A program made the position numbers and the translations under genes. Under the pieces are notes generated by a model. It did no database searches. It saw nothing but the letters and a program-made list of their open reading frames with translations, and had not been told where the DNA came from. From Piromyces finnis finn (taxonomy: Eukaryota > Fungi > Neocallimastigomycota), in the NCBI GenBank assembly GCA_002104945.1, contig MCFH01000051.1, positions 124,001-188,000 of the forward strand: a DNA stretch of 64,000 bases, written 5' to 3'. Below, piece by piece: positions 52,001 to 64,000 of the stretch (positions are counted from its first letter, which is position 1; each line of letters opens with the position of its first letter).

Positions 52001-52509
52001 ATGAAATTGTTGAATTAAATTCCGTCTTTGTTTTAAAGAAGTATAAGGATAATCTTCTTACTGAAAGAGAAAATGCTTTAAAGAACTTAGAAGATTCCTA
52101 TAAAGTATATGAAGAAATTTGTATGAATTTAGAAGAAGGAATTAATTTCCATTCAAGAATTAATTCTCTCCTTAAACAGTTAAGTGGAAATATTAGTGAT
52201 TTTATCTTTGCTCGTAAATTAGACATGAAGGAAAGAGTAAATGATTTAACTCAAAATATATCTACTGGTAATTTAATGGACACCACTGGATATGGTATAA
52301 GTTCACCACCTCCTCTTCCACCTCGTATAGGTGCAAAGGATAAAGACATTCAAAATAATAATGCTAGTGCCTACCCAACTGCTAATTATCCACCATCAAA
52401 TTATCAAAATTATGGATATGGATATCCAAACCAAGCACCACCACCTCAAGCCTATTATCCATATCCACCAAGTAGTAATCCAGGTTATTACCAAGGTGGT
52501 CCAAAATAA
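49040..52509 (+). CDS. BRO1-domain ESCRT adaptor (PalA/Rim20/ALIX-like): BRO1, V domain, Pro/Tyr-rich tail; multi-exon
   Basis: MLGIDLRKT, YYGQL...KFP, YEKACVLFNIGAMYS, FQRAAGIF, LMLAQAQECFWKKA, LEEGINFH, PPPLPPR tail. Bro1 versus Rim20 orthology not resolved. Confidence 0.88.
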
Positions 52510-53358
52510 AATCTAATATAATGAAATTCAAATATAAAACTTTATTTGATTTTTATATTTTATATATTAAAAATTATTATTATATAATTTATTTTTATTT
52601 TTATTTTTTTAAATACATATACTTAATTATGGATTTAAAAATAATATTATAAATTAATATTTAATAATTTTTTTTTTCTTTAAAAATAAAAATTTATCAT
52701 CCATCTTTTATATTTGTTTTTATGAATCAAAATATAGCTATTTAAAACAACTATTAAAAATAATTAAAATATTAAAAAAAATTAGAAATAACAAAAATTA
52801 ATTTATATATATGATATTAATTTGTTAAGTATTATTTGCATTGAACATTGTAATGATAATTCTATAATTGCAAACTATAATTGATACTTTTATTCTTTTA
52901 TAAATTTTTCAAATTAAATAGTAAATATAAATAAAAATAAATTAATTTATAATTTGATTTGGATAATACATAATAAATATTTTATGTATTACAAAATTGA
53001 AAGATTTTTTAATAAAAAGACAAAAAAGTAGATTTTAATGTTCAAAAATAATTTTTTTTACAAATAAATAAAATAAATAAATAATAAGAATAATAAAAAT
53101 TATTATTAGTAAGGTAATATTTTTATTTAATTATTAGTAATATCTATATCTTATATAAGATAAGATAAAATAAAATTACTATTTTAATATCTAAATATAT
53201 TATAAATTAATTGAAGCTATATACATTTCTAAATCATTTTTAAAATAATATTATCAATAAATAAAATTATATATATATATATATCATAATTAAATTAATC
53301 TTGATAAAATCAATAATTTATTACTTTTATTTTATTTATTAAAGCACAAGTCATACAA

Positions 53359-54078
53359 ATGAGCATGGAAATTAATACAAAACAGGAAACAACTATTATC
53401 AATAATTCTTTTTATCCAGAAAAAATTATCTTTTGTATTGATATTAGTGGAGAAATGAATCAACGTCTAGAGTTTAATGATTTACCCTATCCAATTATAA
53501 ATAATAATGAAAATAATGAATTTCAATCTCAAACACTTTCTGTTCCCGTAAGTCCTGTAGAATCACCTGCTAGTTCACCAAATATTTTTCATAAACCCAT
53601 TTCCATAGATAAATTAGCCATTGAGCCAAAGAATACTAATGTCATTACATCAACTTCAAATATAAATTCTGGCTCACTTTATAATAATAATAGCAACAAT
53701 AACAATAATAATTCTCTTGAAAGACCTAATAGTAATATAAAAGGACTTGCTAATAGTGCAAAAAAATTATTAGCGAAAGGTAGAGGAGAAAAGGATTTAA
53801 ATATAGGTGATAGTGGTTTGTCAAGTAGTTCAATTAAAAACCTTTTAAAAGTAAATAACAACAACAATAACAACAATAACAACAACAACAACAATAATAA
53901 TAATAACAATAATAACAATTCCGTTACTTCAAGTCCAAATAATATTAATAGACGTACTAGCTTAAATTTCTTAAAATCTAGTTATTCCAATGTTGTACAA
54001 AATGTTTTCAATAATAATCATAGTAGAACTTCTTCTAATACTTCAACGGGTAGTTTTGGTAGTTTAAATAATGCATCT

Positions 54079-54114
<36 letters not shown>

Positions 54115-55410
54115 GAATTTCCAGCTTTAAAAACCTCAATTGAGTTGTCAAGATTGGATGCAGTTAAACGTTACATAAAACGTTTTGTTTCATTAAAAGG
54201 TTCATTATGTAAAGATCATCAATATGCTATTGTATTACTTGGTGTTGATGCTATTTGGGTATGTATGATTTCCTAAAAAAAAAAAAAAAAAAATAAAATA
54301 AAATTTATATAATTTTATTAAAGATATGTGTATTATATAAAAAGTATAATGATTTCACTTCAGATTATAAAAATATAATAAATGTAATGGAAGAAATACC
54401 TGCTCAAGAAGAATATATTAGAAACTTTGGTATTTTTATTTTTATTTTTATTATTATTTGATAATTGAAAACATTTTTCTAGTCAATTAATTCTTACTTA
54501 TATTAATATTTTTATATAAAATATACAGATATGGAATCACTATTAAATTTAATGTATGTAGATTATAACCATTATTTATTTTAATAAATGTTATTAAAAC
54601 ATTATATATTTCTTTATTTTTAGAAAAGAAAGATCTTTAATTCCAAATGTGTTAACATCAAATTATTTCTTAAGAGTTATATTTTTATATTCAAGGTAAT
54701 TATTATATAATTATAAATGATAAATATAAAGAAAATTTATAATAATTAATTATTATTTTATATAATAATTATAAATTCAATTAATAATTTATATATTTAT
54801 ATAAGACCCACCATACCAAATATAAATATAAATAGTATTGTAAGCAAAAGATATTCTCAAAGATTTTTCTTTTTTTCATAAATTTCATATTAATACTATT
54901 ATATTTATCAAATAAATCATAAGTTATTTATTAATTTAATTTTAAAAAATAATATATATATTACATTAGATATTAAAACAATTACAAGAAAGTAAGCTAT
55001 TTATGTTTGATTGTGTTTATTTCCATGATAAGAAAAGTGAAACTAATAATCCACAGGTATTAATACAGTTAAATTAATATAATTAAAGTTAAAATAAAGA
55101 AATAAGTATATATATATTATATTATAAATATTAAAAATATAAATAATTGTAAATATATATATGTATTATTAATTTAAGGTTGTGTTTAATGAATTATTGA
55201 AAATGGAAGAACCATCATGCCCATCCCTATTCTTTGATGTTATAAGAAATGGTCAAAAGTAAAAATGTTTACATTTTGATAATTTTTTAGTATCTACTTG
55301 ATTGAAAAACTAATATATATATATATTTTTTTTTGAATTATTTATTAATTAGATTCTCAATTGCAATGATGAAACTTCTCGGACATCCTCTTCAAAGAAG
55401 AATAAAGTAA
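53359..55410 (+). CDS. BABAM1: BRISC/BRCA1-A complex member 1 (MERIT40/NBA1) vWA-like protein with long Asn-rich insertion; multi-exon
   Basis: YPEKIIFCIDISGEM, RFVSLKGSLCKDHQYAIV, RVIFIYSR, FMFDCVYFHD and the terminal MMKLLGHPLQR match the MERIT40 motif order as I recall it (PEKVIICLDLSEEM, RTILVYSR, FFFDVVYIH, AKLLAHPLQR). Confidence 0.82.
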
Positions 55411-55822
55411 ACATTTAAAACAATGTTAAAATTAAAAATTTTTCATATATAAAAAAATTATAAGCAAATAATTTAAAATAATAAAAAAAAAAAATCAGTT
55501 TTTTAAAAAAATTTTTTTTTGAAAAATACTTTATGTTTCAATTTTTTTTTTAATGAATCATTAATTTGTGTAATATAATTCAAAGTGTTATTTTATTTTA
55601 ATATTTTAATTACATATATCAACAAAGCATCTTTATTATAAATATACAAATTTTTAATAATGGGGAAAGATAATGGTATTTCAATTTAATTTACAATAAT
55701 ATAATAAAAATTGTGAAAATTCTCATTTTAATTTTAATCTTAATATAATGAATTAACTTAATTTTATTTTTTTATTCTTATTTTTATAAATATATTAAAT
55801 GTTTTTGGTAAATTCCTTTAAG

Positions 55823-57482
55823 ATGACGCTGGGTAAAGAGCACATTTGTATTAAAATTATATTATATATATATGTTTTTTTTTATCCTCTTTTTCTTTTT
55901 TTAGAATTCAATGAAATCTTTTTTTTTTAATTTCATTTTAATAAAACAATTAATTTTATAATAAAAAATAAAATATAAACCGTACTAATTTCATTTATTT
56001 ATTTTTTTTTTATTAGATTATTAATATTGATTATTGATACTAATCCATTCATATGGTCAAAATATTCTAACACTAATAAGTCATTTACCAATGTTATGGA
56101 ACACTTAGTAGTTTTTATTAATGCATATCTAGCATGTAAACATGACAATAAATTGGGTGTTATTGCAAGTCATTATAATGAAAGGTATTAAAAAAAAAAA
56201 AAAAAAAAAAAAAGGAATATATAGTTATTATCATAGTAATAAATATTTTATTTATGTATTTTTTTGAAAGTTAAAATTATAATTTAATATTGAATTATTT
56301 TTTTTTATTTCTTTTTAATTAAATTAACTTCAAAAAATAACAAAATTAATATTTATGAAATTTATGAATATAAATAAAACAATAGTAAATTTATTTATCC
56401 AACTAACGAAATGGTTGATGCTGGTCCTCGTCCAGCAAATGCTTATCAACAATTTTGGCAAGTAGATAATTCATTGGTTAATTCTTTAAAACAACTTGCT
56501 CTTAACGACACAATAGAAGATAAAGAATATGGCTATTCCATGATTTCTAGTTCTTTATCCTTAGCTTTATGTTGTAATTATCTTTAAAAAATTAAATTTA
56601 TTTTATTTTTTTTTTTTAAAAAAATTTAAATTTCATTAACAAATTTAAATTTCTAATAATTTTGAAATCTTAATCAAAATTTCATCATTACATTTAGATA
56701 TTAATAAAATAATTCGTTTAAATGAATTAGAGAATATTAAGCCTAGAATTCTTGTTTTATCAGTCTCACCAGATTCCTCAGTACAATATATACCTATTAT
56801 GAATTGTATCTTTTCAGCACAAAAAGCTGTAAGTATTATATATACAAATATAGAATATTAATTATATTTATTAAATTATATTTATTATTTAAAAAGAATA
56901 TACCTATTGATGTATGTAAATTATTTGATGAAGAAACCATTTTTTTACAACAAGCAACACATATTACTAACGGTGTTTTCCAAAATGTTGAAGACTCTTC
57001 TATGCTATTACAATATTTATTAGTATATATTTAAATATATTAATATTTAGTTTAAATATATGTTTAGAAATATTTAAAAATATTAATTTTTTCTTTTTAA
57101 TTAAAAAAGTTTTCTTTTTTACCAAATCGTTCATTAAAATCTATCATGGTATTACCAGATCAGGAACAAGTGGATTTAAGAGCATCCTGTTTCTGTCATA
57201 AAAGAATTATTGATATAGGCTATGTTTGCTCTGTTTGCTTATCAGGTAAGTCAAATAAAAAAATTTAATAATATAATAATTTCTACTTTTCACGTATATT
57301 GTTATATAAATGATTATTAATGAACTTTTTTTTTTTTTCTTTAATTAAATTAATAAAAACATGAAGTATTTTGTACATATTCAACATCATGCTCAACGTG
57401 TTTGACTAATTACTCCTTAGTTAATTTGAATAGAAATAATTCAAATGATACCAAGACTATTACACAATCAAGTATAAACTAA
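55823..57482 (+). CDS. TFB4: TFIIH subunit Tfb4/p34 (GTF2H3), multi-exon; 5' end approximate
   Basis: LLILIIDTNP, FINAYLACKHDNKLGVIAS, ISSSLSLALC, RILVLSVSPD...QYIPIMNCIFSAQK, IPIDVC, FLQQATHITNG, VDLRASCFCHKRIIDIGYVCSVCLS, FC...CSTC. Confidence 0.92.
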
Positions 57483-57709
57483 AATATTACAAAAACTTCA
57501 AGAAGTTCTATTACATAATTGATTTTTAACAATATTTAAAATATATATCTTAATTATTTATCTTTTTTTATTAAATATTATATACATTTTTAAAATATAC
57601 ATTTTTGTAATATCATATTATAACAATAATAACAACAATAATAAAATGGTATATTTATGTAAAATATTAAAAATGATAATCTATATATAATAAAATAATT
57701 ACATATAGA

Positions 57710-57772
<63 letters not shown>

Positions 57773-57793
57773 AACTATAATTTAAAAATTTTA

Positions 57794-61212
<3,419 letters not shown>

Positions 61213-61634
61213 AGTATGAATACAAATATTTAGTTTTTATTTATTATTATTTCGTTCTAATATTAAACAGGTATAAATCTTTTCTATATTTCCTTTTATT
61301 TATTAATTATTACTATTATTATTATTAATTATTAATTTCCTCTTTTTTTTTTTTTTTTTATAGAAGCTTTTATATTTAAATTATTTAATTTAATTATAAA
61401 ATTATAATAATATTTAAAATTATTTTAAATTAAGCATTATCCAATTAACAAAATTATGAAAAATTTTTTTTAAAACTAGCAATTGAATAGAATATTAAAG
61501 AAAAAACAAAAAATGAATAAATATTACATTTATAAAAAATTCATACTGGCTTTTTTTGTTTTTTTCAATTTTTATTTATTTTTTATTCAAAATATATTTC
61601 ATTATATATTATAAAAAGGTTTATTATATATTTA

Positions 61635-64000
61635 TTATTTAGATGATGAATTCTTTTTATGAAGTTTATGTATATTATTCCTTACATTGGTATCAATAGA
61701 AATTGTAGAAATAATATTTTTTTGAATATTACTCTTCTTTGAATTTAAATTCCTGTATAGAGTTTCTGTAGTGGTTGTTAATGGATTTGCATTTTTTTCG
61801 ATAGAATATTTAGGATTAGATAGTGAAACTTTAATTGTCCGTTTAGCCAAAGAAATATTCGATTTAGCCTTTTTAAGGCTTATTGAAGAATTTTTATGTG
61901 TTTTTTTTGTATATTTATTTTCTGTATTAGCATCATTTAATTCATTATACAATTTAAATTTGTTATTATTTAACTCTGAATTATATTTAAATACTTTATT
62001 ATTTAAGTCTAAATGTTGATGACTTTTAAGAGAGTCTTTCTCTTTCTCTTTTTTTTTTTTTAGTATACAAATAAATGAATAATATATGAGTAAAAAAAAA
62101 AGTTAATAATTTATGTTTATTATGTTAACTTACTTAAATTGGTTCTTTTATCCATCTTTTTACTTTTTAATTTTATTAAATTGCTATTATTTCTTGGTAG
62201 TGGTGCGATAAATGTTGACTTAAATAAATCACCATGATGACTTAAAGGTCTAAAAGCAGGGATGATTGTTGATTTTAAGGTTTTTTCTTTTGATTTTTTA
62301 GTTTTTGATTGTTTTCCAGAATTATTTTCTTTATTATAATTTTCTTTCGGAACTACTAATTTATTATGGATATTTTTATTTCTTTGATGGAATTCTTTTA
62401 TACTTTCTGTAAGAGTAAACGAATCGTTTTTATTATTAATAATTTTATTTTTTTTAGATTTATTATATTTTAATTTATTATCGATTTTTTCTACAGTCAA
62501 AAGATTATTTTTCTTTTTACACTTCAAAATATCATCATTTTTTATTTTATTTAAATCATTTAATACATTTTCATTTCCAATATCATTATTAATAATAATC
62601 TCTTCAATATTTTTACTTTCAATTACATTTTCGTTTAAATTATAGTTATTTAAAGGGTTATCAATATTACTAAAATTTAAATTATTAAAAATAGTTAAAT
62701 TAGATTCATTTTCACTAAGTATCTTATCATTTGTCTGTTGTTTTCTTTTTTCCAATTTAATTTTTTCTTTTAATTTTTTATTATTTTCATAATACTTTTT
62801 TATTTCATTATATCCCCAAAATTCATTTATTATATTATTGATTTCATAATTAATTTGCATACGATCTTCAAATTCCTCAGTATTTAAAATGAAATCACTT
62901 TCTTTAATTTGGCTTTCTAATAAAAGACTCTTTTCATAATAATTTTTTAATTTTTCTAATTCAATTACTGATTTTCGACGATCGGAGTCTGTAACAAAAA
63001 ATGTATCTAAACTAATAAGAGATGTTGGCATTGTAGATACAATTAAATGGTAATAACAAATAAATCTTAAATTTTTAGTTTCTCCTTTTTCCACCATTAG
63101 CTCATTAAATGTTGAAAAAACATCTGGTAAAATATTGTCATTATATATATCATTTTGTTTTTGAATATCACTATAAAATGCTTTATTTACTGGATTCTCT
63201 CTATTATATATTAGTTGAATTAAAATTAAATATTTTCAATGATTATTTTATAATAATATTTATTTAATATATTAATTTCTTTTTTTAATTTATATTATTT
63301 ATCTTAAATGATTTATAAGATATTCATTATATTATATATATATATAATTATACTAACCTAATATCCAAAATTTTTAAGTTCATAAGCATTTTTAAAGTAT
63401 TTAGAAATGGAGGGAATATAACTATCATATTATTAACAAGGTAGAGTTCTTCTAAATTCTTTAAATATAATATTTCTTTTATGTTTTTTATTTTATTATT
63501 ATTTAAATTGAGGTACTTTAATTCATACATATCCTTAAAGAGACCTAACGGGATAGAATCAATATTACAAGAACTTAATATAAGGGAATTTAAATTTTTA
63601 CATAAATACAATTCTTCTAATTTTAAAATACGCCTATCTAAAAAATTTTAATTATTCAAACAATATTCAATAATAATTAGAATTTAGAAATTAAATCTTA
63701 TAAATATAATGAAAATAATTATTACTTAATATAAATAATTCTTTTATATTAGTCAAATCCGAAAATTTTATATTTAAAGGATTGCTTAAAAATAATAAAA
63801 TATTATATTAGCAAACTTAATACATTTATTCTGTATATAAATCTTAAATTTTTAATTATATATATTTATTACTTTGTAAGTGGAACCTTAGATTGGATTG
63901 ATAAAGTTTTTAAATCACTCATTAAATAGCAATTTTTAATTTGCTCAACAATACTATCGTTAATATATAATTCAGTTAAATTTGGGAAATAAAATTCATC
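61635..64000 (-). CDS. Leucine-rich repeat protein (partial; 5' part lies beyond the window end)
   Basis: FPNLTELYIND, LNSLILSSCNI, LKYLNLNNNKI, LEELYLVNNMI, LKILDIR and an LRRcap-like LISLDTFFVTDSDR. Joining to the 61635-61952 ORF via the GTAAGT donor near 62133 is inferred. Confidence 0.7.

Overview
This is very AT-rich, intron-rich eukaryotic DNA. Fungal dockerin (CBM10-type) CAZymes point to an anaerobic gut fungus (Neocallimastigomycota). Housekeeping genes reconstructed by eye from GT-AG exons are CDC24/Scd1, ARP1 (centractin), RPS26, ERG20 (FPP synthase), a BRO1/ALIX/PalA protein, BABAM1/MERIT40, TFB4 and LHS1/GRP170. There are also ankyrin, LRR and DUF4359-like genes, and two intronless cellulosomal enzymes (CBM13-dockerin-CE1 esterase; GH5 endoglucanase-dockerin). 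The most interesting object is one non-LTR retrotransposon (LINE) family present as five same-strand pieces within about 16 kb. One copy is intact (22091-27802, 14-bp TSD, A40 tail, single 1513-aa ORF with RRM-like, APE, RT and CCHC regions). It has a tandemly repeated, multi-hairpin 5' leader with compensatory changes between copies, a candidate retained spliceosomal intron in the 5' UTR, and hairpins over the stop codon. All family and product calls come from motif recognition; no searches or folding programs were run.
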